A program made the position numbers and the translations under genes. Shown piece by piece: positions 15,805-30,600 of a stretch of 64,000 bases of DNA (position 1 is the stretch's first letter; the number at the start of each line of letters is the position of its first letter). Origin of the DNA: Eledone cirrhosa (lineage: Eukaryota); NCBI GenBank assembly GCA_964016885.1, contig OZ024743.1:208506001-208570000 (forward strand), read 5' to 3'. Below the pieces are notes generated by a model. That model did no database searches, was not told the origin of the DNA, and saw only the letters and a list, made by a program, of their open reading frames with translations.

Positions 15805-17520
15805 ATGAAAGCTCTTTACTCCATAAGATATAGCACAGTTTACCATCCTATAGCCACAGATGAAAGCTCTTCACTCCACAACATATACCACAGTTTACCA
15901 TCCTATAGCCACACATGAGAGCTCTTCACTCCATAAGATATATCACAGTTTACCATCCTATAGCCACACATGAAAGCTCTTCACTCCATAAGATATACCA
16001 CAGTTTACCATCCTATAGCCACAGATGAAAGCTCTTCACTCCATAAGATATACCACAGTTTTCCATCCGATAGCCACACATGAAAGCTCTTCACTCCATA
16101 AGATATACCTCAGTTTACCATACTATAGCCAGATGAAAGCTCTTCACTCCATAAGATATACCACAGTTTACCATCCTATAGCCACGCATGAAAGTTCTTC
16201 ACTCCATAAGATATACTACATTTTACCATCCTATAGCCACAGATGAAAGCTCTTCACTCCATAATATATACCACTCTTTACCATCCTATAGCCACACATG
16301 AGAGCTCTTCACTCTATAAGATATACCACAGTTTACCATCCTATAGCCACAGATGAAAGCTCTTCACTCCATAAGATATACCACAGTTTACCATCCTATA
16401 GCCACACATGAAAGCTCTTCACTCCATAAGATATACCACAGTTTACCATTCTATAGCCACACATGAAAGCTCTTCATTCCATAATATATACCACAGTTTA
16501 CCATCCTATAGCCACAGATGAAAGCTCTTCACTCCATAAGATACACCACAGTTTACCATCCTATATCCAGATTAAAGCTCTTCACTCCATAAGATATACC
16601 ACAGTTTACCATCATATAGCCACACATGAAAGCTCTTCACTCCATAAGATATACCACAGTTTACCATACTATAGCCACAGATGAAAGCTCTTCACTCCAT
16701 AAGATATACCACAGTTTACCATCCTATAGCCAGATGAAATCTTTTCACTCCATAAGATATACCACAGTTTACCATCATATAGCCACACATGAAAGCTCTT
16801 CACTCCATAAGATATACCACAGTTTACCATCCTATAGCCACACATGAAAGCTCTTCACTCCATAAGATATACCACAGTTTACCATCCTATAGCCACACAT
16901 GAAAGCTCTTCACTCCATAAGATATACCACAGTTTACCATCCTATAGCCACAGATGAAAGCTCTTCACTCCATAAGATATACCACAGTTTTCTATCCTAT
17001 AGCCACAGATGAAAGCTGTTCACTCCATAAGATATACCACAGTTTACCATCCTATAGCCACACATGGAAGCTCTTCACTCAATAAGTTATACCACAGTTT
17101 ACCATCCTATAGCCACACATGAAATCTCTTCACTCCATAAGATATACCACAGTTTACCAACCTATAGCCAGATGAAAGCTCTTCACTCCATAACATATAC
17201 CACTGTTTACCATCCTATAGCCACACATGAGAGCTCTTCACTCCATAAGATATAACACAGTTTACCATCCAATAGCCACAGATGAAAGCTCTTCACTCCA
17301 TAAGATATACCACAGTTTACCATCCTATAGCCACACATGAAAGCTCTTCACTCCATAAGATATACCACAGTTTACCATCCTATAGCCACAGATGAAAGCT
17401 CTTCACTCCATTAGATATACCACAGTTTACCATCCTATAGCCACACATGAAAGCTCTTCACTCCATAAGATATACCACAGTTTACCATCCTATAGCCAGA
17501 TGAAAGTTCTTCACTCCATA
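10670..17520 (+). repeat. Higher-order duplication: ~10670-12870 is copied at ~15316-17520 (offset 4646)
   Basis: Six ORF pairs (10941/15587 through 12746/17392) are offset by exactly 4646. Shared variants include GTTTTCCATCCG, TATATCCAGATT, GTTTTCTATC, GCTGTTC and CCAATAG. Confidence 0.92.
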
Positions 17521-18370
17521 AGATATACCACAGTTTACCATCCTATAGCCACACATGAAAGCTCTTCACTCCATAATATATACCACAGTTTACCATCCTA
17601 TAGCCACAGATGAAAGCTCTTCACTCCATAAGATATACCACAGTTTACCATCCTATAGCCAGATGAAAGCTCTTCACTCCATAAGATATACCACAGTTTA
17701 CCATCTTATAGCCACAGATGAAAGCTCTTCACTCCATAAGATATACCACAGTTTACCATCCTATAGCCAGATGAAAGCTCTTCACTCCATAAGATATACC
17801 ACAGTTTACCATCCTATAGCCAGATGAAAGCTCTTCACTCCATAAGATATACCACAGTTTACCATCCTATAGCCAGATGAAAGCTCTTCACTCCATAAGA
17901 TATACCACAGTTTACCATCCTATAGCCACGCCACGGATGAAAGCTCTTCACTCCATAAGATATACCACAGTTTACCATCATATAGCCACACATGAAAGCT
18001 CTTCACTCCATAAGATATACCACAGTTTACCATCCTATAGCCACACATGAGAGCTCTTCATTCCATCAGATATACCACAGTCTACCATCCTATAGCCACA
18101 GATGAAAGCTCTTCACTCCATAAGATATACGACAGTTTACCATCCTATAGCCTGATGAAAGCTCTTCACTCCATAAGATATACGACAGTTTACCATCCTA
18201 TAGCCAGATGAAAGCTCTTCTCTCCATAAGATATACCACAGTTTACCATCCTATAGCCACACATGAAAGCTCTTCACTCCATAAGATATACCACAGTTTA
18301 CCATCCTATAGCCACAGATGAAAGCTCTTCACTCCATAAGATATACCACAGTTTACCATCCTATAGCCAG

Positions 18371-21300
18371 ATGAAAGCTCTTCACTCCATAAGATATACG
18401 ACAGTTTACCATCCTATAGCCAGATGAAAGCTCTTCACTCCATAAGATATACCACAGTTTACCATCCTATAGCCACGCCACGGATGAAAGCTCTTCACTC
18501 CATAAGATATACCACAGTTTACCATCATATAGCCACACATGAAAGCTCTTCACTCCATAAGATATACCACAGTTTACCATCCTATAGCCACACATGAGAG
18601 CTCTTCATTCCATAAGATATACCACAGTCTACCATCCTATAGCCACAGATGAAAGCTGTTCACTCCATAAGATATACGACAGTTTACCATCCTATAGCCA
18701 GATGAAAGCTCTTCACTCCATAAGATATACAACAGTTTACCATCCTATAGCCAGATGAAAGCTCTTCTCTCCATAAGATATACCACAGTTTACCATCCTA
18801 TAGCCACAGATGAAAGCTCTTCACTCCATAAGATATACCACAGTTTACCATCCTATAGCCAGATGAAAGCTCTTCACTCCATAAGATATACCACAGTTTA
18901 CCATCCTATAGCCACGCCACGGATGAAAGCTCTTCACTCCATAAGATATACCACAGTTTATAATCATATAGCCACACATGAAAGCTCTTCACTCCATAAG
19001 ATATACCACAGTTTACCATACTATAGCCACAGATGAAAGCTCTTCACTCCATAAGATATACCACAGTTTACCATCCTATAGCCAGATGAAAGCTTTTCAC
19101 TCCATAAGATATACCACAGTTTACCATCATATAGCCACACATGAAAGCTCTTCACTCCATAAGATATACCACAGTTTACCATCCTATAGCCACAGATGAA
19201 AGCTCTTCACTCCATAAGATATACAACATTTTACCATACTATAGCCAGATGAAACTCTTCACTCCATAAGTTATACCACAGTTTACCATCCTATAGCCAC
19301 ACATGAAAGCTCTTCACTCCATAAGATATACCACAGCTTACCATCCTATAGCCACACATGAAAGCTCTTCACTCCATAAGATATACCACAGTTTACCATC
19401 CTATGGCCGCAGATGAAAGCTCTTCACTCCATAAGATATACCACAGTTTACCACCCTATGGCCACAGATGAAAGCTCTTCACTCCATAAGATATACCACA
19501 GTTTACCATCCTATAGCCACGCCACGGATGAAAGCTCTTCACTCTATAAGATATACCACAGTTTACCATCCTATAGCCACAGATGAAAGCTCTTCACTCT
19601 ATAAGATATACCACCATTTACCATCCTATAGTCACACATGAAAGCTCTTTACTCCTTAAGATATACTACAGTTTACCATCCTATAGCCACACATGAAAGC
19701 TCTTCACTCCACAACATATACCACAGTTTACCATCCTATAGCCACACATGAGAGCTCTTCACTCCATAAGATATACCACAGTTTACCATCCTATAGCCAC
19801 ACATGAAAGCTCTTCACTCCATAAGATATACCACAGTTTACCATCCGATAGCCACACATGAAAGCTCTTCACTCCATAAGATATTCCTCAGTTTACCATA
19901 CTATAGCCAGATGAAAGTTCTTCACTCCATAAGATATACCACAGTTTACCATCCTATAGCCACACATGAAGGCTCTTCACTCCATAAGATATACCACAGT
20001 TTACCATCCTATAGCCACAGATGAAAGCTCTTCACTCCATAAGATATACCACAGTTTACCATCCTATAGCCAGATGAAAGCTCTTCACTCCATAAGATAT
20101 ACCACAGTTTACCATCCTATAGCCACGCATGAAAGCTCTTCACTCCATAAGATATACCACATTTTACCATCCTATAGCCACAGATGAAAGCTCTTCACTC
20201 CATAACATATACCACAGTTTACCATCCTACAGCCACACATGAGAGTTCTTCACTCCATAGGATATACCACAGTTTACCATCCTATAGCCACAGATGAAAG
20301 CTCTTCACTCCATAAGACAGACCACAGTTTACCATCCTATAGCCACACATGAAAGCTCTTCACTCCATAAGATATACCACAGTTTACCATCCTATAGCAA
20401 CAGATGAAAGTTCTTCACTCCATAAGATATACCACAGTTTACTATCCTATAGCCAGATGAAAGCTCTTCACTCCATAAGATATACCACAGTTTACCATCC
20501 TATAGCCACGCCACGGATGAAAGCTCTTCACTCCATAAGATATACCACAGTTTACCATCATATAGCCACCCATGAAAGCTCTTCACTCCATAAGATATAC
20601 CACAGTTTACCATACTATAGCCACAGATGAAAGCTCTTCACTCCATAAGATATACCACAGTTTACCATCCTATAACCAAATGAAAGCTTTTCACTCCATA
20701 AGATATACCACAGTTTACCATCCTATAGCCACAGATGAAGGCTCTTCACTCCATAAGATATACCACAGTTTACCATCCTATAGCCACACATGAAAGCTCT
20801 TCACTCCATAAGATATACCACAGTTTACCATACTATAGCCACAGATGAAAGCTCTTCACTCCATAAGATATACCACAGTTTACCATCCTATAACCAAATG
20901 AAAGCTTTTCACTCCATAAGATATACCACAGTTTACCATCCTATAGCCACAGATGAAAGCTCTTCACTCCATAAGATATACCACAGTTTACCATCCTATA
21001 GCCAGATGAAAGCTCTTCACTCCATAAGATATACCACAGTTTACCATCCTATAGCCACGCCACGGATGAAAGCTCTTCACTCCATAAGATATACCACAGT
21101 TTACCATCATATAGCCACACATGAAAGCTCTTCACTCCATAAGATATACCACAGTTTACCATCCTATAGCCACACATGAGAGCTCTTCATTCCATCAGAT
21201 ATACCACAGTCTACCATCCTATAGCCACAGATGAAAGCTCTTCACTCCATAAGATATACGACAGTTTAGCATCCTATAGCCTGATGAAATCTCTTCACTC

Positions 21301-24300
21301 CATAAGATATACGACAGTTTACCATCCTATAGCCAGATGAAAGGTCTTCTCTCCATAAGATATACCACAGTTTACCATCCTATAGCCACACATGAAAGCT
21401 CTTCACTCCATAAGATATACCACAGTTTACCATCCTATAGCCACAGATGAAAGCTCTTCACTCCATAAGATATACCACAGTTTACCATCCTATAGCCAGA
21501 TGAAAGCTCTTCACTCCATAAGATATACCACAGTTTACCATCCTATAGCCACGCCACGGATGAAAGCTCTTCACTCCATAAGATATACCACAGTTTATAA
21601 TCATATAGCCACACATGAATGCTCTTCACTCCATAAGATATACCACAGTTTACCATACTATAGCCACAGATGAAAGCTCTTCACTCCATAAGATATACCA
21701 CAGTTTACCATCCTATAGCCAGATGAAATCTTTTCACTCCATAAGATATACCACAGTTTACCATCCTATAGCCACACATGAGAGCTCTTCATTCCATAAG
21801 ATATACCACAGTCTACCATCCTATAGCCACAGATGAAAGCTCTTCACTCCATAAGATATACGACAGTTTACCATCCTATAGCCAGATGAAAGCTCTTCAC
21901 TCCATAAGATATACGACAGTTTACCATCCTATAGCCAGATGAAAGCTCTTCACTCCATAAGATATACCACAGTTTACCATCCTATAGCCACGCCACGGAT
22001 GAAAGCTCTTCACTCCATAAGATATACCACAGTTTACCATCATATAGCCACACATGAAAGCTCTTCACTCCATAAGATATACCACAGTTTACCATCCTAT
22101 AGCCACACATGAGAGCTCTTCATTCCATAAGATATACAACAGTCTACCATCCTATAGCCACAGATGAAAGCTGTTCACTCCATAAGATATACGACAGTTT
22201 ACCATCCTATAGCCAGATGAAAGCTCTTCACTCCATAAGATATACAACAGTTTACCATCCTATAGCCAGATGAAAGCTCTTCTCTCCATAAGATATACCA
22301 CAGTTTACCATCCTATAGCCGCAGATGAAAGCTCTTCACTCCATAAGATATACCACAGTTTACCATCCTATAGCCAGATGAAAGCTCTTCACTCCATAAG
22401 ATATACCACAGTTTACCATCCTATAGCCACGCCACGGATGAAAGCTCTTCACTCCATAAGATATACCACAGTTTATAATCATATAGCCACACATGAAAGC
22501 TCTTCACTCCATAAGATATACCACAGTTTACCATACTATAGCCACAGATGAAAGCTCTTCACTCCATAAGATATACCACAGTTTACCATCCTATAGCCAG
22601 ATGAAAGCTTTTCACTCCATAAGATATACCACAGTTTACCATCATATAGCCACACATGAAAGCTCTTCACTCCATAAGATATACCACAGTTTACCATCCT
22701 ATAGCCACAGATGAAAGCTCTTCACTCCATAAGATATACAACATTTTACCATACTATAGCCAGATGAAACTCTTCACTCCATAAGTTATACCACAGTTTA
22801 CCATCCTATAGCCACACATGAAAGCTCTTCACTCCATAAGATATACCACAGCTTACCATCCTATAGCCACACATGAAAGCTCTTCACTCCATAAGATATA
22901 CCACAGTTTACCATCCTATGGCCGCAGATGAAAGCTCTTCACTCCATAAGATATACCACAGTTTACCACCCTATGGCCACAGATGAAAGCTCTTCACTCC
23001 ATAAGATATACCACAGTTTACCATCCTATAGCCACGCCACGGATGAAAGCTCTTCACTCTATAAGATATACCACAGTTTACCATCCTATAGCCACAGATG
23101 AAAGCTCTTCACTCTATAAGATATACCACCATTTACCATCCTATAGTCACACATGAAAGCTCTTCACTCCACAACATATACCACAGTTTACCATCCTATA
23201 GCCACACATGAGAGCTCTTCACTCCATAAGATATACCACAGTTTACCATCCTATAGCCACACATGAAAGCTCTTCACTCCATAAGATATACCACAGTTTA
23301 CCATCCGATAGCCACACATGAAAGCTCTTCACTCCATAAGATATTCCTCAGTTTACCATACTATAGCTAGATGAAAGTTCTTCACTCCATAAGATATACC
23401 ACAGTTTACCATCCTATAGCCACACATGAAGGCTCTTCACTCCATAAGATATACCACAGTTTACCATCCTATAGCCACAGATGAAAGCTCTTCACTCCAT
23501 AAGATATACCACAGTTTACCATCCTATAGCCAGATGAAAGCTCTTCACTCCATAAGATATACCACAGTTTACCATCCTATAGCCACGCATGAAAGCTCTT
23601 CACTCCATAAGATATACCACATTTTACCATCCTATAGCCACAGATGAAAGCTCTTCACTCCATAACATATACCACAGTTTACCATCCTACAGCCACACAT
23701 GAGAGTTCTTCACTCCATAGGATATACCACAGTTTACCATCCTATAGCCACAGATGAAAGCTCTTCACTCCATAAGACAGACCACAGTTTACCATCCTAT
23801 AGCCATAGCCACACATGAAAGCTCTTCACTCCATAAGATATACCACAGTTTACCATCCTATAGCAACAGATGAAAGCTCTTCACTCCATAAGATATAAAA
23901 CAGTTTACCATCCTATAGCCACGCATGAAAGCTCTTCACTCCATAAGATATACCACAGTTTACCATCCTATAGCCACAGATGAAAGCTCTTCACTCCATA
24001 AGATATACCACAGTTTACTATCCTATAGCCAGATGAAAGCTCTTCACTCCATAAGATATACCACAGTTTACCATCCTATAGCCACGCCACGGATGAAAGC
24101 TCTTCACTCCATAAGATATACCACAGTTTACCATCATATAGCCACCCATGAAAGCTCTTCACTCCATAAGATATACCACAGTTTACCATACTATAGCCAC
24201 AGATGAAAGCTCTTCACTCCATAAGATATACCACAGTTTACCATCCTATAACCAAATGAAAGCTTTTCACTCCATAAGATATACCACAGTTTACCATCCT

Positions 24301-24581
24301 ATAGCCACAGATGAAGGCTCTTCACTCCATAAGATATACCACAGTTTACCATCCTATAGCCACACATGAAAGCTCTTCACTCCATAAGATATACCACAGT
24401 TTACCATACTATAGCCACAGATGAAAGCTCTTCACTCCATAAGATATACCACAGTTTACCATCCTATAACCAAATGAAAGCTTTTCACTCCATAAGATAT
24501 ACCACAGTTTACCATCCTATAGCCACAGATGAAAGCTCTTCACTCCATAAGATATACCACAGTTTACCATCCTATAGCCAG
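18371..24581 (+). repeat. Higher-order duplication with ~3.5-kb period: ~18371-21005 is copied at ~21886-24581
   Basis: ORF offsets are 3515, then 3460, then 3576, i.e. loss of one monomer followed by gain of 55+61 bp. Shared variants include CCTACAGCC, GAGAGTTC..CATAGG, GACAGACC, GCCACCCATG and TAACCAAATG. Confidence 0.9.
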
Positions 24582-27500
24582 ATGAAAGCTCTTCACTCCA
24601 TAATATATACCACAGTTTACCATCCTATAGCCACAGATGAAAGCTCTTCACTCCATAAGATATACGACAGTTTACCATCCTATAGCCAGATGAAAGCTCT
24701 TTACTCCATAAGATATACCACAGTTTACCATCCTATAGCCACACATGAAAGCTCTTCACTCCATAAGTTATATCACAGTTTACCATCCTATAGCCACACA
24801 TGAAAGCTCTTCACTCCATAAGATATACTACAGTTTACCATCCTATAGCCACACATGAAAGCTCTTCACTCCATAAGATATACCACAGTTTACCACCCTA
24901 TTGCCACAGATGAAAGCTCTTCACTCCATAAGATATACCACAGTTTACCATCCTATAGCCACGCCACGGATGAAAGCTCTTCACTCTATAAGATATACCA
25001 CAGTTTACCCTCCTATAGCCACACATGAAAGCTCTTCACTCCATAAGATATACCACAGTTTACCATAATATAGCCACACATGGAAGCTCTTCACATCATA
25101 AGATATACCACAGTTTACCATCCTAGAGCCAGATGAAAGCTCTTCACTCCATAAGATATACCACAGTTTACCATCCTATAGCCACACATGAAAGCTCTTC
25201 ACTCCATAAGATATACCACAGTTTACCATCCTATAGCCACACATGAACGCTCTTCACTCCATAAGATATAGCACCGTATACCATCCTATAGCCACAGATG
25301 AAAGCTCTTCACTCCATCAGATATACCACAGTTTACCGTCCTATAGCCACATGAAAGCTCTTCACTCCATAAGATATACCACAGTTTACCATCCTATAGC
25401 CACGCATGAAAGATCTTCACTCCATAAGATATACCACAGTTTACCATCCTATAGCCACACATGAAAGCTCTTCACTCGATAAGATATACCACAGTTTACC
25501 ATCCTATAGCCACAGATGAAAGCTCTTTACTCCATAAGATATACCACAGTTTACCATCCTATAGCCACAGATGAAAGCTCTTTACTCCATAAGATATACC
25601 AAAGTTTACCATCCTATAGCCACAGATGAAAGCTCTTCACTCCACAACATATACCACAGTTTACCATCCTATAGCCACACATGAGAGCTCTTCACTCCAT
25701 ATGATATCACAGTTTACCATCCTATAGCCAGACATGAAAGCTCTTCACTCCATAAGATATACCACAGTTTACCATCCTATAGCCACAGATGAAAGCTCTT
25801 TACTCCATAAGATATACCACAGTTTACCATCCTATAGCCACACATGAAAGCTCTTTACTCCATAAGATATACCACAGTTTACCATCCGATAGCCACACAT
25901 GAAAGCTCTTCACTCCATGAGATATACCACAGTTTACCATACTATAGCCACATGAAAGTTCTTCACTCCATAAGATATACCACAGTTTACCATCCTATAG
26001 CCACAGATGAAATTTCTTCACTCCATAAGATATACCACAGTTTATCATCCGATAGCCAGATGAAAGCTCTTCACTCCATAAGATATACCACAGTTTACCA
26101 TCTTATAGCCAGGCATGAAAGCTCTTCACTCCATAAGATATACCACAGTTTACCATCCTATAGCCACAGATGAAAGCTCTTCACTCCATAAGATATACCA
26201 CAGTTTACCATCCTATAGCCACACATGAAAGCTCTTCATTCCATAAGATATACCACAGTTTACCCTCCTATAGCCAGATGAAAGCTTTTCACTCCATAAG
26301 ATATACCACAGTTTACCATCCTATAGCCACACATGAAAGCTCTTCACTCCATAAGATATACCACAGTTTACCATCCTATAGCCATGCCACGGATGAAAGC
26401 TCTTCACTCAATAAGATATACCACAGTTTACCATCCTATAGCCACAAATGAAAGCTCTTCACTCCATAAAATATACCACAGTTTACCATCCTATAGCCAC
26501 ACATGGAAGCTCTTCACTCCATAAGATATACGACAGTTTACCATCCTATAGCCACACATGAAAGCTCTTCACGCCATAAGATATACCACAGTTTACCATC
26601 CTATAGCCAGATGAAAGCTCTTCACTCCATAAGATATACCACAGTTTACCATCCTATAGCCACGCATGAAAGCTCTTCACTCCATAAGATATACCACAGT
26701 TTACCATCCTATAGCCACACATGAAAGCTCTTCACTCCATAAGATATACCACAGTTTACCATCCTATAGATAGATGAAAGCTTTTCACTCCATAAGATAT
26801 ATCACAGTTTACCATCCTATAGCCACACATGAAAGCTCTTCACTCCATAAGATATACCACAGTTTACCATCCTATAGCAACGCCACGGATGAAAGCTCTT
26901 CACTCCATAAGATATACCACATTTACCATCATATAGCCACACATGAAAGCTATTCACTCCATAAGATATACCACAGTTTACCATCCTATAGCCACGCATA
27001 AAAGCTCTTCACTCCATAAGATATACCACAATTTACCATCCTATAGCCACACATGAAAGCTCTTCACTCCATAAGATATACCACAGTTTACCATCCTATA
27101 GCCGGATGAAAGCTCTTCACTCCATAAGATATACCACAGTTTACCATCCTATAGCCACAGATGAAAGCACTTCACTCCATAAGATATACCACAGTTTACC
27201 ATCCTATAGCCAGATGAAAGCTTTTCACTCCATAAGATATACCACAGTTTACCATCCTATAGCCAGATGAAAGCTTTTCACTCCATAAGATATACACAGT
27301 TTACCATCCTATAGCCACACATGAAAGCTCTTCACTCCATAAGATATACCACAGTTTACAATCCTATAGCGACACATGAAAGCTCTTCACTCCATAAGAT
27401 ATACCACAGTTTACCATCCTATAGCCAGATGAAAGCTCTTCACTCCATAAGATATACCACAGTTTACCATCCTATAGCCACGCATGAAAGCTCTTCACTC

Positions 27501-27648
27501 CATAAGATATACCACAGTTTACCATCCTATAGCCACAGATGAAAGCTCTTCACTCCATAAGATATACCACAGTTTATCATCCTATAGCCACAGATGAAAG
27601 CTCTTCACTCCATAAGATATACCACAGTTTACCATCCTATAGCCACAG

Positions 27649-30600
27649 ATGAAAGCTCTTCACTCCACAATATATACCACAGTTTACCATCCTATAGCCA
27701 CATATGAGAGCTCTTCACTCCATAAGATATACCACAGTTTACCATCCTATAGCCACACATGAAAGCTCTTCACTCCATAAGATATACCACAGTTTACCAT
27801 CCTATAGCCAGATGAAAGCTTTTCACTCCATAAGATATATCACAGTTTACCATCCTATAGCCACACATGAAAGCTCTTCACTCCATAAGATATACCACAG
27901 TTTACTATCCTATAGTCACACATGAAAGCTCTTCACTCCAGAAGATATACCACAGTTTACCATCCTATAGCAACGCCATGGATGAAAGCTCTTCACTCCA
28001 TAAGATATACCACATTTACCATCATATAGCCACACATGAAAGCTCTTCACTCCATAAGATATACCACAGTTTATCATACTATAGCCACAGATGAAAGCAC
28101 TTCACTCCATAAGATATACCACAGTTTACCATCCTATAGCCAGATGAAAGCTCTTCACTCCATAAGATATACCACAGTTTACCATCATATAGCCACGCAT
28201 GAAAACTCTTCACTCCATAAGATATACCACAGTTTACCATCCTATAGCCACAGATGAAAGCTCTTCACTCCATAAGATATACCACAGTTTACCATCCTAT
28301 AGCCACAGATGAAAGCTCTTCACTCCACAACATATATCACAGTTTACCATCCTATAGCCACATATGAGAGCTCTTCACTCCATAAGATATACCACAGTTT
28401 ACCATCCTATAGCCACACATGAAAGCTCTTCACTCCATAAGATATACCACAGTTTACCATCCTATAGATAGATGAAAGCTTTTCACTCCATAAGCTATAT
28501 CACAGTTTACCATCCTATAGCCACACATGAAAGCTCTTCACTCCATAAGATATACCACAGTTTACCATCCTATAGCAACGCCACGGATGAAAGCTCTTCA
28601 TTCCATAAGATATACCACATTTACCATCATATAGCCACACATGAAAGCTCTTTACTCCATAAGATATACCACAGTTTATCATACTATAGCCACAGATGAA
28701 AGCACTTCACTCCATAAGATATACCAGTTTACCATCCTATAGCCAGATGAAAGCTTTTCACTCCATAAGATATACCACAGTTTACCATCCTATAGCCACA
28801 GATGAAAGCTCTTCACTCCATAAGATATACCACAGTTTACCATCCTATAACCACAGATGAAAGCTCTTCACTCCATAAGATATACCACAGTTTACCATCC
28901 TATAGCCAGATGAAAGCTCTTCACTCTAAAAGATATACCACAGTTTACCATCCTATAGCCACAGATGAACGCTCTTCACTGCATAAGGTATACAACAGTT
29001 TACCTTCATATAGCCAGATGAAAGCTCTTCACTCCATAAGATATACCACAGTTTACCATCCTATAGCCACACATGAAAGCTCTTCACTCCATACGTTATA
29101 CCACAGTTTACCATCCTATAGCCACACATGGAAGCTCTTCACTCCATAAGATATACCACAGTTTACCATCCTATAGCGACACATGAAAGCTCTTCACGCC
29201 ATAAGATATACCACAGTTTACCATCCTATAGCCAGATGAAAGCTCTTCACTCCATAAGATATACCACAGTTTACCATCCTATAGCCACAGATGAAAGCTC
29301 TTTACTCCATAAGATATACCACAGTTTACCATCCTATAGCCACACATGAAATCTCTTCACTCCATAAGATATACCACAGTTTACCATCCTATAGCCACAC
29401 ATGGAAGCTCTTCACTCCATAAGATATACCACAGTTTACCATCCTATAGCGACACATGAAAGCTCTTCACGCCATAAGATATACAACACTTTACCATGCT
29501 ATAGCCAGATGAAAGCTCTTCACTCCATAAGATATACCACAGTTTACCATCCTATAGCCACAGATGAAAGCTCTTCACTCCACAATATATACCACAGTTT
29601 ACCATCCTATAGCCACATATGAGAGCTCTTCACTCCATAAGATATACCACAGTTTACCATCCTATAGCCACACATGAAAGCTCTTCACTCCATAAGATAT
29701 ACCACAGTTTACCATCCTATAGCCAGATGAAAGCTTTTCACTCCATAAGATATATCACAGTTTACCATCCTATAGCCACACATGAAAGCTCTTCACTCCA
29801 TAAGATATACCACAGTTTACTATCCTATAGTCACACATGAAAGCTCTTCACTCCAGAAGATATACCACAGTTTACCATCCTATAGCCACACATGAAAGCT
29901 CTTCACTCCATAAGATATACCACAGTTTACCATCCTATAGCAACGCCACGGATGAAAGCTCTTCACTCCATAAGATATACCACATTTACCATCATATAGC
30001 CACACATGAAAGCTCTTCACTCCATAAGATATACCACAGTTTATCATACTATAGCCACAGATGAAAGCACTTCACTCCATAAGATATACCACAGTTTACC
30101 ATCCTATAGCCAGATGAAAGCTCTTCACTCCATAAGATATACCACAGTTTACCATCATATAGCCACGCATGAAAACTCTTCACTCCATAAGATATACCAC
30201 AGTTTACCATCCTATAGCCACAGATGAAAGCTCTTCACTCCATAAGATATACCACAGTTTACCATCCTATAGCCACAGATGAAAGCTCTTCACTCCACAA
30301 CATATATCACAGTTTACCATCCTATAGCCACATATGAGAGCTCTTCACTCCATAAGATATACCACAGTTTACCATCCTATAGCCACACATGAAAGCTCTT
30401 CACTCCATAAGATATACCACAGTTTACCATCCTATAGATAGATGAAAGCTTTTCACTCCATAAGCTATATCACAGTTTACCATCCTATAGCCACACATGA
30501 AAGCTCTTCACTCCATAAGATATACCACAGTTTACCATCCTATAGCAACGCCACGGATGAAAGCTCTTCATTCCATAAGATATACCACATTTACCATCAT

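Noticed and set aside
26817-26999. The single minus-strand 60-aa ORF
   Set aside because: It is a chance product of a 54-bp and a 60-bp monomer plus a stop-removing substitution keeping the one open reverse frame running.
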